Origin: Octopus sinensis
Taxonomy: Eukaryota
Direction: 5' to 3'
Assembly (NCBI RefSeq): GCF_006345805.1
Contig: NC_043001.1
Coordinates: 21,018,001-21,082,000, forward strand
Length of the DNA: 64,000 nucleotides
Shown: positions 26,071 through 39,205 of the stretch, piece after piece
How the letters are laid out: each line of letters begins with the position of its first letter
How positions within the stretch are numbered: the stretch's first letter is position 1
The notes under the pieces: generated by a model
Database searches by the model: none
What the model saw: the letters and a program-made list of their open reading frames with translations, nothing else
Told to the model about the DNA's origin: nothing
Program-made: the position numbers and the translations under genes

Positions 26071-26314
26071 CATAACATGGTTCTGGCTCCAGTCCCATTG
26101 CTTGGCAACTTGGGGGAAATGCCTTCTACCATAACCTCTGGCTGACCAAATTCTTGCGAGTAGATTCACTAGCCAGGAACTAAAAGAAGCCTGTCGTGTG
26201 TGTATATGTGTGCATGCATGTGACAGGCTTCCAGATAGTTTTCATCTACCAAATTCACAAGGCACTGGTCAGTCTAAGGTTATAGTAAAAGACACTTGCC
26301 CAAGGTACTGCACA

Positions 26315-26972
26315 CTGGAATTGAACCTGAAACAATGTGGTTGCAAAGCAAGCTTCTTAACCACAGAGCCATGCCTGAGCCTATAATAATGATTTTTATT
26401 CAATCTTTTTATTAGATAGACCACGCCATAAATTTTTTCTAGAAACAAATTTTCTGTAAGAACTTAAGTTAATTTTGGCTCCAAAAGCAAAAAGCAAGGC
26501 CATGTAGGGGGACATGGAGTTATGTGCAGGGAAGGTGTTCATGCAAAGAGTTCAGGCCATTTCTGGTCAAGAGAGACTTTGAACCGAGCGGTCGTCGGCA
26601 TCTTCACTATCTCGTCCGGCAGCTTATTCCACGGATCCGCAAGCCGGACGGAGAAAGCCCCTCTCCTTCGATTGATATGAAATCGTCGCAGATAGAGCTT
26701 TTCAAACTTGAAAATAAATTTCAAATTGTACTTTTATTATAGACTTTTCTTTTCTGTGTGTGTACTGGAATTGAACCTGAAACAATGTGGTTGCAAAGTG
26801 AGCTTCTTAACCACAGAGCCATGCCTGAGCCTATAATAATGATTTTTATTCAATCCTTTTATTAGATAGACCACACCATAAAATTATTTTCTAGAAATAA
26901 ATTTTCTGTAAGAACTTGAAAATAAATTTCAAATTGTACTTTTATTATAGACTTTTCTTTTCTGAGTGTGTA
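26315..26972 (+). repeat. ~207-bp tandem duplication; the first copy carries the CR1 insert
   Basis: ctggaattgaacc at 26315 and 26765; gaaaataaatttc at 26710 and 26918. Confidence 0.88.
26466..26704 (-). mobile_element. 5'-truncated CR1/L2-clade LINE with 5-bp TSD AACTT
   Basis: Encodes ...RGAFSVRLADPWNKLPDEIVKMPTTARFKVSLDQKW, like the CR1 ORF2 C-terminus (FFS.RV...WN.LP...V......FK..LD..W). TSDs at 26461-26465 and 26705-26709. Confidence 0.82.
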
Positions 26973-28251
26973 CGTGTAGATATGCTTCTTTTAACCATGT
27001 ATTATTCCACTGTAATAGCGTTGAAGAACCACTAGAGAGAACTAAACTAAACAGCAGGTAACATTAACAGTGAGAAAAAGTATAACTGGCTGCTGAGTGT
27101 TATCCGAGATATTAGTGAAATGAAAGAAAAGAGAAATTTTACAAAAACCCATTCTGCTACAAGTGTATGATAAAAGAGACTGAGGACTAAAGTAACATTA
27201 AACATACACATTAATGTTTAAATTATCTTCAATTCATCCTCTTTATGAACAGAATCTACAGAATCCGTTTCGCTTATGAGTTGTAAACTTTTTACAAGAC
27301 AATATCTCTAAATTATATTTACTTCCAAATCTTATGCCCTACATTGAAATAAACTATTTAACAGACATATATTATAACAGATATACAGAATGATCTCCCA
27401 CCAACATTATGCCAAACTACAGCAGCAGAGAGCCACTGAAAATAGCAACACTATAAATACATACAATGTATGTGTAATGAAACAGAAGCAGAGGTTCGCA
27501 GAGGTGGGGCAGCAAATATAAAAACATAAGCTATATCTATAGATGTGTATTTAAACAAATTTTTTAATGAATCAATTATTTACTTTTAAAATGTCTGGGC
27601 TTTGTTTTTTTATGTATGTATAAATTGTTGAAGTTCTAAGCTTTTTTTTTTTTTTTATTTACACACATACAACTTTGATATCTGCAGATAAAAAACTGAA
27701 AACAGAAAACTGATACCATTGAAATAGTTTTAAAAGATCATTTTTTTGTATAAAGTAATCTAAAAGATTTTAATGTAATTACAACAAAAATAATTGTTTT
27801 GTATATTTTTTCTTTCTTTGGTCAAATTATGTAAAAGTGAGCATACAAATTGTTAGTATTTTTACAAAGTAGCCCAAGGCTACTACAGTAGATTTAACAT
27901 ACATTTTGCTAAACAAGAGCCTCAAAACTAAACGTTACAATGCACAGAAGAATAAAATAAGGGATGGGGGAGAACATGAAATACCATGAAATATCATAAT
28001 ACAACTGTTTGACTTCATCATAAATGGAAAAAGTCAAACTGTTGTGAAGGGAAAATTGAAATAAATAAATAAACTTGACTCTCAATTTCAGTAGTGGAAA
28101 AGAAAAAGAAATTATTTAAGGATGCTGCATTTGAAATGTTAATATGAAATTTTGAACAGAAAATGTCCTAAACATGCAGAAAACACAAGCTGAATAATCT
28201 TTATTATATTTCTTCACTTTACAAATATGATGAAAACATTGAGTGGTTTCA

Positions 28252-28472
28252 CCCTTTAGCATTTAAACCGGCCATATCCGGCCTAAAGTATTCTGCCTGT
28301 TTTATAGTCAAACTGGCCAGATCTGGTCTCTCACACCAACCCTACAATATCATTTTAAATATTAACAGCTACCTTATCAAAATCTCCTAGCTACAAGATA
28401 ATGCTTGATTAGTTCAAAACAATGTGGATGAAAAAGCATTAATTTTGGCAGAATAATGCGAACACTATAGGG
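28252..28472 (+). mobile_element. piggyBac-type MITE family E
   Basis: CCCTTTAGC...ATAGGG|TTAA, 221 bp. Confidence 0.85.
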
Positions 28473-29933
28473 TTAAAAATGAAGGAGAATGGTGAAATAA
28501 TGTAATTTATGAGACAAAGTGGTTTAAATGCTATAAAAGTTTGTTTTATGTTATGCTATTTGACAGGAAAGTTTATTTTTAATACCAGGGTAGTTTTGCC
28601 AATTCTTGAGCTGAAAAGTTAAAATGCTTGACCAGAACACAAGAACTAGCTGAGAAGTAATAACTTGATTCACAAATTAACTCTTCAAACTACTCTTAAT
28701 TTTAACATATACAATTTCACGTCCTGATCAAACTAGATTATCATACTACATTAGGTCATCTAATCACTGACATTAAATTTTTTATATTTTAACATGAGAT
28801 TTATTTTAGGGGGTTAAATTACAAAAAGACAACTGAGAGCCCATAATAAATAAGCAGTTTAGCATAATATCATATGACAATTCGTGCCAACAAGGAAATC
28901 TAATCATAATTTTATTCACTCATTTTAAGTTGAATACTTAAATTTACAGGAAGATCAAACCCATGCCATCATGTAAAACTGGATGTAAAATAAGGATAAA
29001 ATAAAATCTGTTGTTAGATGCATAAAAAAAAAAAGAATTGAAGATTCTTACAAACACTTTAACTAAGAAATTTATTGTAAAGAAATGCTCTCATTCAAAC
29101 AGACCGATTGCATAGATAGGGATTTAAGAAAGCACTTTTAACATTAAGCCTAGTTTTTGGCATGGGTATAGGACGGAAGTTTACCAAGATTTATATACTA
29201 CACTTTGTTTATATTAAGTAAAACCGTCTTGATTTCATGGCTACTTTCTGTGTGGAGTTGATCTGGTTGTTCATGTAACATGTTCTACAAGGGTTTTCTC
29301 TGTCATTAAAGAAATGTTGAAAATATAAGCAGTAAAAAGTAGGGAAAGGATGAGATTTTATTATATTTTCTAGGGTGACAAATCACTACTGAAATGTTGG
29401 GAATGAAAGCAATGAAAGCAATACAGCAACAGCAGAGATAGAGAATAATGAAGAAACATTTTACTTCCTATGGTGAAAGATACCATATAAAGATATCTTA
29501 CAAAGTGTGGTTAAACCTTAACTCGGTGACTAGAAATAAAATTTAGGCCTGTGGATTTTACAGTGTTCAGGAAGCAAATAATGTGTTTTTGACTTGGTTA
29601 TGAGATAGAAATTAGACAAGACATAGGCTGGTGGCAATTAGTAGATGTCAAAAAATGGGGTCGAAAGTATAAATATAGGTCTAGGTTTGCTAAGTAAATT
29701 TCATCAGATTGGGGAATAAAAGGGAAATAGATGGAAATGGTAGAGCAGAGTGCTTGACTTTATTTTAAAAGAGAGAACTGCACTTTCTTGACAATGATAG
29801 CATCTAGTAAGTGACACAGTATCGGCACAAGGATATATTACGATCATATCCAAGGAACAAGAAAATTGAACAAACACTACCAAAGCTACACACCACAGAT
29901 TGATTTAGTTCTTTTCATTTTACTCTCATTCAA

Positions 29934-30138
29934 TTATTCTAAACACTATCTCAACATGAGGAACTTCAGCATCCAATTTTCTACAACCTAACTGTCATCA
30001 TCATCGTTTAACGTCCGCTTTCCATGCTAGCATGGGTTGGACAAGGAAAGCGGATGTTAAACGATGATGATGATGATGACAGGTTGTAGAAAGTTGGATA
30101 CTGAAGTTCCTCATGTTGAGATAGAGTGTTTAGAATAA
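29934..30138. repeat. Foldback inverted repeat, 90/94-bp arms, 21-nt loop
   Basis: 29934-30023 is the reverse complement of 30045-30138 with 3 substitutions and 3 small indels. Confidence 0.93.
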
Positions 30139-30570
30139 GGCACAGGCAGAGCTGTGTGGTTAAGAAATATTTTCCAACCACATGGTTTTGTGTTCAATCT
30201 CACTGTGTGGTACCTTGGGCAAGTGTCTTCTGCTAGAGCCCCTTGGCTAACCATAGTCTTGTGAGTGGATTTGGCAGAGAGAAAATGGAAAAAAGCTCAT
30301 TGTGAGAATGTATGCATGTGTATATGTCTGTGTATGTTTGTGTCTCCCTGTCATGACATCATGTGACAGTTGTAAATGAGTATCATTGTCATACAAGCAA
30401 TGTCATTCATTTTCAGTATTCTCTGAGAATATGTCTGGTCATGGGGGAAATATTACCTTGCTTGCAAACAGGTGAAAGCTGATGAGAGGAAGGACATCCA
30501 ACTGTGGAAAATTTGCGTCAGTAAATTCCACTCAACCCATGCAAGTACCGAAAAGTGGACATTAAAACAC
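30139..30570 (+). mobile_element. SINE-A2 (SINE-A head joined to a B/RTE-type tail)
   Basis: SINE-A head, then ggaaatattaccttgcttgcaaacagg...aggaaggacatcc...aaagtggacattaaaac. Confidence 0.72.
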
Positions 30571-31158
30571 TGAGAGTCAATGTGTAGTAGATACTATAAG
30601 TTCTCAGACTGAAGCATAGTAAAATCAACTAAAAAGTAGTTAGTCAGTTAACTATTGTGTTGTAGATCAGCTCATGTACACTAACATTACTCAGCACTAA
30701 AATTTAGTTTTGGAAGAAGACAGAGTTAAAATTTGCTGACAAATTCTCCTGAACTGTAGGTCAGACAGCAAAAGAGGATGTGCCTGTTTAATTATCTACC
30801 CACTTATTTATATCCTTACATTGCTAATAAGTGGCTTCAGTGTTTAGACATTAATGCTAATAATGACTATCATTTACAATAGACTATCTCTCCTTACGTG
30901 ACCATAAATACAGGTTTCAAAAAGCTAAAACTATTTATTTAACTCACAAATAATCCTTCACTTTAGAAACCTTACCTGGGATTATTTCAGAACTATGTAT
31001 GGCTGTGTGGTTAAGAAGGTTGCTTTGCAACCATGTGGTTGCTGCACTTTGAGCAAGTGTCTTCTGCTATAGCCCCACACCAATCAATGCCTTTGGTAGA
31101 TGGAAACTGTGTGGAAGCTCATTGTGTATGTGTGTGTGTGTATATATATATATATATA

Positions 31159-31697
31159 CTAACCTTGAAGCCGCCCTTCGGGTGGCATTCTGGTTAGCTC
31201 TTGCAGACGGCACCTTTGAGGCCTTTGGCCCCACTATTGTGGCACTTTGCAGCCCTCTACCTTTGTGTAATGTAATGCCCAAACTTATTTCTGCAAATGT
31301 GCTAAGCACTGATGCTGATCATAGGTTAATCAATAAGCATAGGAGCGAGGTAAATGCAGTAAAAATGGACGGGGGACAGCAGGACCCCATTTAAATGGCC
31401 CTTCAGAAACCGAATCTCCTTTCAATTCCCTGGGAATTCATGGTACGAAATTCATTGTCATTGATCCTATTTGGTTGTCAATGCCATGTATTTAGTTTAA
31501 AATGCAGTAAAAATAAGGGGTTCAGTGGGGTCCCAATTAGGTAGCCCTTAAAAAAACAGAACCCCTTACGACATTCCCTGGGATTAGGGGAGCTGCTGGT
31601 TTGAGTTTCGTTGTCCTTGCACCAACAGTCTAGGAGGAGTTAACGAACATAAAAATGTAACGGACAGAGAAACATCATTCAAATTTATAGTAGGAGA
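31159..31697 (-). mobile_element. Non-autonomous Helitron, family G, inserted in the central (TA)n of a SINE-A (about 30997-31940)
   Basis: Minus-strand 5' end TCTCCTACTATAAA. Hairpin gccgccc-ttc-gggtggc (31170-31186) lies about 11 nt from the TTAG|T 3' end. Confidence 0.72.
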
Positions 31698-32128
31698 CAG
31701 ACAAACAGACAAAAGTATCAATGTATGTATTTATGTGTATATATGTGTCTTTGAATTTGTTCCTCCCACCACTTAACCGATATTGGTTTATATGTTCCCA
31801 TAGCTTAGCAGTTTGAAAAAAAGAGATCAATAAAGTAAGTACCAGACTTTAAAAAAAATAAGTACAAGCGTCCATTTGTTCAGCTTCAGGGTGGTTCCCC
31901 AGCTTGGCCTCAGTCCAGTGACTGAATCAAACAAAAGACAACTAATCATCTAAATCTGAAGCTTCCTCACTGTATGTGTCATCTGCCATCAACTTAAGTG
32001 ATTCCACTTCTCGTTGGCTCACTTTCACTTTTCTCCTCTTTTAACAATGACCTCATCTCAATCCCCACAGTCCCTATTCACTCCAATGCAGCTGACACAA
32101 GGCTTTATCATTCCTCTTTGCCCTTTAA

Positions 32129-32510
32129 CCCTTTCATTACTGTATTTATTTTGAGATGTTCTGTATTTCTTTCAATTACTTTAAATATAACAAAGAATTT
32201 AGTAACATAACTTAGTTATCATTCGGCTAGTGTTAGGAACATAAGAGTTTCTACAGCTGGATGCCCTTCCTGACGTCAACCACTCCGAGAGTGTAGTGGG
32301 TGCTTTTATATGCCACTGGCACAAGGGCCAGTCAGGCAGTACTGGCAATGGCCACACACAAATGGTGTTTTTTATGTGCCACCTGCACAGGAGCCAGTCC
32401 AGCGGCACTGGCAATGACCTCACTCAAATGTTTTTTCACATGACACCGCACAAGTGCCAGTAAGGCGACGCTGGTAACGATCACGCTCGAATGGTACTTT
32501 TTATGTGCCA
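32129..32510 (-). mobile_element. Half of a family D MITE abutting a long element B
   Basis: TTAA|CCCTTTCATTAC at 32125-32140; B sequence from about 32246. Confidence 0.7.
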
Positions 32511-33898
32511 CCCTACCAAATCCACTCACAACTAAACACCCTGCAGGTCTCATTTTGAAAACTACCACCCTGTGGAACCCCCATCTCACCAATCCATGTG
32601 TTTCTACAATATTCCAGGCACCAAATTTCAAAATTTGTGACAACTGCCACTTTACCTACTCACTTCCATCTCTCTGTGGAAATGCCCCTCCCCTCTAACA
32701 TAACCGAAAGAAAAAGAAAAGATTTATCTCTGTGGGGTTTTGTTAAAATGATATATTGAAAAAATTTTCTTTTCAATAATTCTAGTCAGGATTTTTTCCT
32801 CTATAAATATAAATGATATAATTGAAAGAGATAAGCATGTTTGTTTTTTAATGATATAATGAAAATAAAAATATCTTAAAATGTTCAACAGTAGTTAAAT
32901 ATTCAAAATATGTTGAAACTGAATTGAGTTTTATAAGATGTGAAACACATGCCTAGGAAAATGCTGTGTATGTGTTTATACAATATAAATTAGTTAAAAT
33001 GTTGCAATAGAATTCCTTGCAAAAATGGTGACAATGTTTTTATTAAAGAGTGCTAAGTATACAGACAAGAGTATTTGGGACAGTTTACAGAAAGAAAAAA
33101 AGAACTCATGAATATTTAGAAAAGAGATGAAGTGAACAGAAAAGGAAAAAAAGGCAGCAACATATGGTTCTGGAGTCAGAAAGAGAAAAAGAGACTGTGT
33201 GTGTGTATGTGTGTGCACGTGTGTGCGAGTGTATGTGCATGTGTGTATGTGACAGAAACAGACACACAGAAAATGTAGCAAAATAAATAGAATGAAAATT
33301 CTAGTATATTTCAAAAGTCTTTCGTTTGTTTTAAAAAAAACAAACTATTTTCCAATTTACAAAGAAGCGAATTTCTGCATGGTTACTTTTGTATAAATTT
33401 GATTTTAGAAACAAACGTTTTAATCTTAAATGTCCAGAAAAGCAACAAGGATTTATTTATATTTTAGAAATCTTCTGATTATTCGAGAAAAACCACTTAA
33501 AGGAAAGTTGAGCATTAATTGTTTGTTTGTTTTTGGCTTTTTTTTTTCTTTCCTCGCAGCATACAAAGCAGAAATGAATGGGTTCTCTCCCACTCACTTC
33601 CCATTTCTTACTCTTATTTCTACCTCCCCCTCTTCCTCTTCTCTCTCTCTTATATCTCACATCCTCTTTTCCTTCTCTCCACAGTTAACACAATAATACT
33701 GATTTCTAGCTGTGACAAGCCCACAGATTTCTAAGGAAAGATTACAGTTGATACAGAAACCACTCTATTATATGTGCTGTTAACTTTATTTTATCACTTG
33801 ACCTGAAGGGCTGAAAGTGGAGGTGCATGGTTAAGTGGGTAAGTTGTTGGGCTCATGATAGTAACATTGTGGTTTCAATTCATGGGCTGGGCAATGTA

Positions 33899-34044
33899 CA
33901 GTAATCCCTTGCCATATTGCGGTTCCGCGGTTTATTATTTAAAGTTACATCGACTCCTTTGAGGTGTTGTTTTGCATTTATAATAAAATAAATACATACA
34001 AATTATAAAAATAAAAAAAAATAAAAACTATACAGTACAGTACT
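33899..34044 (+). mobile_element. pogo/Tigger-like Tc1-mariner MITE remnant
   Basis: TA|CAGTAATCCCTTGCCATATTGCGGTTC, resembling Tigger-type termini. Confidence 0.55.
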
Positions 34045-34049
34045 GTTTC

Positions 34050-34282
34050 TTACTGCTTTATTGCCCACAAGGGGCTAAACATAGAGGGGACAAACAAAGA
34101 CAGACAAGGAGATTAAGTCGATTACATCGACCCCAGTGGGTAACTGGTACCTAATTTATTGACCCTGAAAGGATGAAAGGCAAAGTCGACCTTGGTGGAA
34201 TTTGAACTCAGAAAGTAATGGCAGACGAAATACCGCTAAGCATTTCGCCCGGCATGTTAACGTTTCTGCCAGCTCGCCGCCT
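34050..34282 (-). mobile_element. SINE-C
   Basis: Full reverse-complement match to SINE-C. Confidence 0.88.
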
Positions 34283-34624
34283 TCAGTTTCTACTTTGTGG
34301 ATTTTCACCTCTCGCTGGGGGTTTTGGAACATAACACCCATGATAGTCAAGGGACTACTCCACTGCATTCTTGAGTAAAACACTTCATTTCCCATTGCTC
34401 CAGTACCCTCAGCTGGTAAAATGAGTATTCCTGTGATGGACCGATGTCCTGACCAGGTGGTGAATATACACACCACAGAAACCGGGAAACCAGCTCTATG
34501 GGTCTATATAACAAAAGCTGGAACTTTATCCTGAAGGAGTGAAAGGCAAAGTCAGATTCAGTGGGATGTGAACTCAGGAAGGAAAGAGACATAACTACAT
34601 AATGCAAGGCATTTCGTCTAATAC

Positions 34625-34900
34625 ACTGAGTTCAATTCCTAGCAACATGTTGTGTCCTTGAGCAAGACACTTTATTTCATGTTGCTCCAGTCCACTCAGC
34701 TGGCAAAAGTGAGTTGTACCTGTATTTCAAAGGGCCAGTCTTGTCACATTCCGTGTCATGCTGAATCTCCTTGAGAACTACATTAAGGGAACACGTGTCT
34801 GTGGAGTGCTCAGCCACTTGCACATTTAATTTCACGAGCAGGCTGTTCCGTTGATTGGATCAACTGAAACCCTCGTTGTTCTAACCAACAGAGTGCCAGT
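34625..34900 (+). mobile_element. SINE-H
   Basis: gttgtgtccttgagcaagacactttatttcatgttgctccagtccactcagctggc. Confidence 0.8.
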
Positions 34901-35224
34901 ATTGCCTTGAATTCCCATAGCCTTAACTTCACCTGAGATGAGTAAATAAATGTTCCTTTTTTGCTTTAAATATGTATTGATATGTATTGCAAGAAACAGC
35001 TAACATTTTACATAGTTTAACCTACACGACTAGAGGCAGTGCTCCAGCATGGCCACAGTCAAACGACTGAAACAAGTAAAAGAGTGTGAAAAACAAAATA
35101 GGAATTTTGGAAGAAATATCTATAAAACTAGTTTTCAAACATTGAATGGCTATAGGTGTCCACTAGAATAAAATAGTAATCAAAGGGGTCCATAGATGAA
35201 AAATACTTGAGAATCCCTGTTTTA

Positions 35225-35748
35225 GAAGATCAAATTGACCCCAGTATTTGTCTCAAGTCTGGTATTTATTCTATTGGTCTCTTTTTGCCAAACCATTAAG
35301 ATACACAAACACAAATAAACCAACACCGGTTTTTAAGTAGTGAGAAACGATCACAAGCACACACACACACACGGGCTTCTGTACAGTTTTCATCTACCAA
35401 AATCACTAACAAAGCATCAGTCAAACACTTGCTCAAGACACTATGCATGCAGTGGGATTGAACCTGAAACCATTTGGTTGCCAAGTGAACTTCTTAACCA
35501 CACTGCCTGGTAACAAAAATGTTTCAGACAGGGCCGTTTGCCAGCCCTGTCTGGCACCTGTGCCGGTGGCACGTAAAAAGCACCTATTACACTCACGGAG
35601 TGGTTGGCATTAGGAAGGGCATCCAGCCGTAGAAACATTGCCAGATCAGACTGGGCCTGGTGCAGCCTTCTGGCTTCCCAGACCCCAGTTGAACCGTCCA
35701 ACCCATGCTAGCATGGAAAGCGGATGCTAAATGATGATGATGATGATT
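35225..35748. mobile_element. Degenerate SINE-A (minus, to about 35510) followed by element B (plus, about 35530-35748)
   Basis: Family consensus matches; B ends in (GAT)n. Confidence 0.78.
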
Positions 35749-36901
35749 GTTTAATTGTTGTTTAATTTATTTCTGGTCCACAGCTTTGCAAAAAAAGGGA
35801 AGCAGACTGACACAACAAACAACAACAAATAAGCAATTAAATGTCAATACATATTTTATGCTTTTTATTTTCATCATAACCATGATCCAAAAATAGCTGA
35901 GTTGATAGGGTAGGAAACAAACCAACGAAAGAAATAGTAGATCATTTCCTGTTATCAGTGTTTCACAAGGTTGTTTGTTCATGGCCAATATACTTAATTA
36001 GCTCTCAAAAGCCCAGTCCACCTAGCTTCAAGTTGGTACCATATATGGTGTTGTAAGTTCACAGCTGTGAAAGTGTGACAGTATTTCATTGGCTTCGGTC
36101 ACTAGAATTCAGTTCCTTCTGTGGATGTGGCCAAAGTGTTAAGCAACACTGGTCACATCTACATACCCAAGTCTATCTTGGCAATAGTTTTAGTCTCTAA
36201 CACACAGACAAAATAATAATAATCATAATAATAATAATAATAAATAAGTAAAATAAACAGAAAGGATTGAAGACAATTTTTTAATTTTTTAAATTCATGT
36301 TCACAGGTGCCACGTAAAAAGCACCGGTGCCACATAAAAAGCACCTAGTATACTCTGTAAAGTGGTCGGCTTTAGGCAGGGCATCCAGATGTAGAAACTG
36401 TGCCAAAACAAACTATGGAATCTGGTGCAGCTCCTGTCAAACCATCCAACCCATACCAGCATGGAAAGCAGACTTTAAATGATGGTGATGATGATGATGA
36501 TGAAAAGCCATCATTATTAAATATTTTCAAAATGTCCCCAGACCAATTCCAAAAATTTATGAACTAGAAGTACAACACAAAATTTATCTACTCAACTTAT
36601 TAGATACTCTGAAGTAGTTATGGATAAACTGTGGCCTGTGGGGCTTTCTTGAATGGCATGCTTTTTAGTAGCTTACGTAATATGCCATGTCTGATGCAGT
36701 CCACTTCTTGGAAAAGGTTACCCATGCCTGCTCTAAAAATATTTTGGTGAATCATTAAAAATAGTCCTCTTAGAATATGAAATGGAATGAAAACTATTAT
36801 ATTAGTTTTTGTTTTTCTTTCATTATTATGGTTAATGTAGATATCGACTAGGGACATTTGAATTTTAATTCTCTTCAAAGAGCTTAGTGATTAATGCTCC
36901 A

Positions 36902-36903
36902 TG

Positions 36904-36948
<45 letters not shown>

Positions 36949-36990
36949 AAACTACTACTACTACTGCTACTGCTGCTGCTGCCACCACTG
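36902..36990. repeat. (CTA)n/(CTG)n microsatellite
   Basis: Seen directly. Confidence 0.9.
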
Positions 36991-38856
36991 CTGGTGCTTC
37001 ACAACTTTCTATTTGTTATTCTTCATACATAGAACAATGGGGGTTGGATCTTATCAAGATCAGGTCAGTGTGGTTGTATACTTCATCTGTGGTTATTTTC
37101 AGAACTCATGTCAGTCTAGAATTGGTCTGAGGTACTTTAGACTCACACAGTTGAAGTCTTCTTTGTGATAAAAAACAAAAGAAGCAAAGAAGAACTTGTC
37201 TAAACTTACACAATGCAACTTATGTTTCAATGAATTTCACACAGAGTTTGTTTTAAATTTATAATTTAATCAGGTAGGTGGAGAAAGAAAGAAAAAAAAA
37301 ACAAGTGATGGGTTACTACAGTAGGAAACTGCAGATAAAGATAACAAATTATTCAAAGCTTGCAGTAGAGTAAGTTCTGCTAAAGGCACCCAAGGTCAGA
37401 TGTTAAGTAGATTAAATCTAACGCCAAAGAACAGGTACATATCAACCAATAACAGGGTTCCACATTTCATGCTTAGCTAATTTCAGTATTACCACATGGC
37501 CAAATCCTTGTTGTGAAGTGGTGGTTGGTATGCCTTAATGATCATGGACAGGTCAGAGGATAGAGGCCAGATTAATATGCCTCCCTTCCCAGAGATAAAA
37601 ATAGGTCCGCATAGAAACAAACACCCCCAACCTAGAAAAAAAGGCAAAGTCACAGAAACATCGATGACAATTCAAATCTAACAAGTCCTGGGAGTGGGAG
37701 GACAATCCAGAGCCAAGAACAGGGAGAAAAGTCATTGGTGGCCTATGTTCCATAGGGAACAAAAGGCTTAAGCAAGTAACTTTACTCACAAAACTTGGGT
37801 TGAACTGAAATTGAAAGACTCAGAGACACACACTATCTCTGGAGCCACAGGTATGCTTATCTCACCCCACTCTCTCTTTCTCTCTCCATCTTTTCTATTA
37901 CTGCTATGATGTCCTCTGGTCATTGGAGCTGGTTGGTCTTGTATCTCCTCCACCCAGGCATTCTTTCCTCACTCATCTCTCCACCTCAAGTCACCCTTAT
38001 TGTATCCAACTCCACAGGTTCCATACTAATTATTACACCCAGTCCTTTGTCTCCAGAATGTTGACCCTCAAGATCAACAGGTCACCAACCAAGGAGGGAA
38101 CACTAAAACCCACATATCAGTATCATGTCATAGGAAGCAGAGACAACAACAACAAAATCTATCACTTAGAATATCTGATAGCTATCTGTTGTGTAATGAT
38201 TTATAAGCTCACAAGAAAATATACTTTATTGAATATTGACTGTGAATCAAAAGATACATTGGCCTGAGTAAGACAAAAATAATCAGTCATAATCAGAAAC
38301 AGACTGTCATAAAAAAAAGATCCTTTCAACTCAGTATAAAAAATATAGTAAAAAAATGATTGGCTAACAAATTCAATGAAACCTATTTCTTTCAATAACT
38401 GAAGACATTGACGTTTGAAAATGTATACTATGTGAACTAGGTTTGATTCTTGATATTAACAATATCACTTACTTTACTACAATACTTTTGGGACACACAC
38501 AAACATCGCAAATCTAAAGCAAAACTCTTAAGGCAATAATCCTTTCTAATTTTAGCAAAAGGCCAGCATTTTCGAAGGGAGGGGTAAGTCAAATACATTG
38601 ACCCCAATGTTCAATTGGTACTTATTTTTTTGATCCTAAGAGATGAAAAACAAAACTGGTCTCAGCAGGATTTGAACTCAGAACCATAAAAAGCCAGAAG
38701 AGGTGCCACAATGCATTTTATCCAGTATAGCAACAATTCTGCCAGCTCTATGCCTGTCTGAAGGCAATAATATTGATTTCCTGTTGATGAATATTTCTAA
38801 TTACAAAATTGGTTATTACTAATATAATTACTTAAATTATACAATATAGTTTAGAT

Positions 38857-39205
38857 CAGTATTTCTCAACCTTTTTACCATTGTGTAACCCTTAAAATAG
38901 ATTATGTCTCAAGGAAACCCTGCACAAAAAAATTATATACCATATCTTTCTCATATTTTTTCATTGTACTTCACATGGGAAAATATCAAATATATATATA
39001 TATATATATGGTTGTTATATTTTTTTGATAACCTTATAGGATGATATCAATATTACAATAACCAATATGTTGAACATGTATAGTAATATTATGATCATGA
39101 AATTAGCATTAGCTATTATTAGCTTATCTTACTCTTTCTTGTGGAACCCCTAGGAACCTTTTGCAGAATCCTAGGGTTCCAGGAAACCCCAGTTGAGAAA
39201 TGCTG
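38857..39205. mobile_element. hAT (Charlie-like) MITE
   Basis: TIR CAGTATTTCTCAAC...GTTGAGAAATGCTG; 8-bp TSD gtttagat / gtttagac. Confidence 0.85.

Noticed and set aside
31122-31394. GC-rich 90-aa ORF and its antisense ORF
   Set aside because: It starts in a microsatellite and lies within the Helitron-G 3' region; no recognisable domain.
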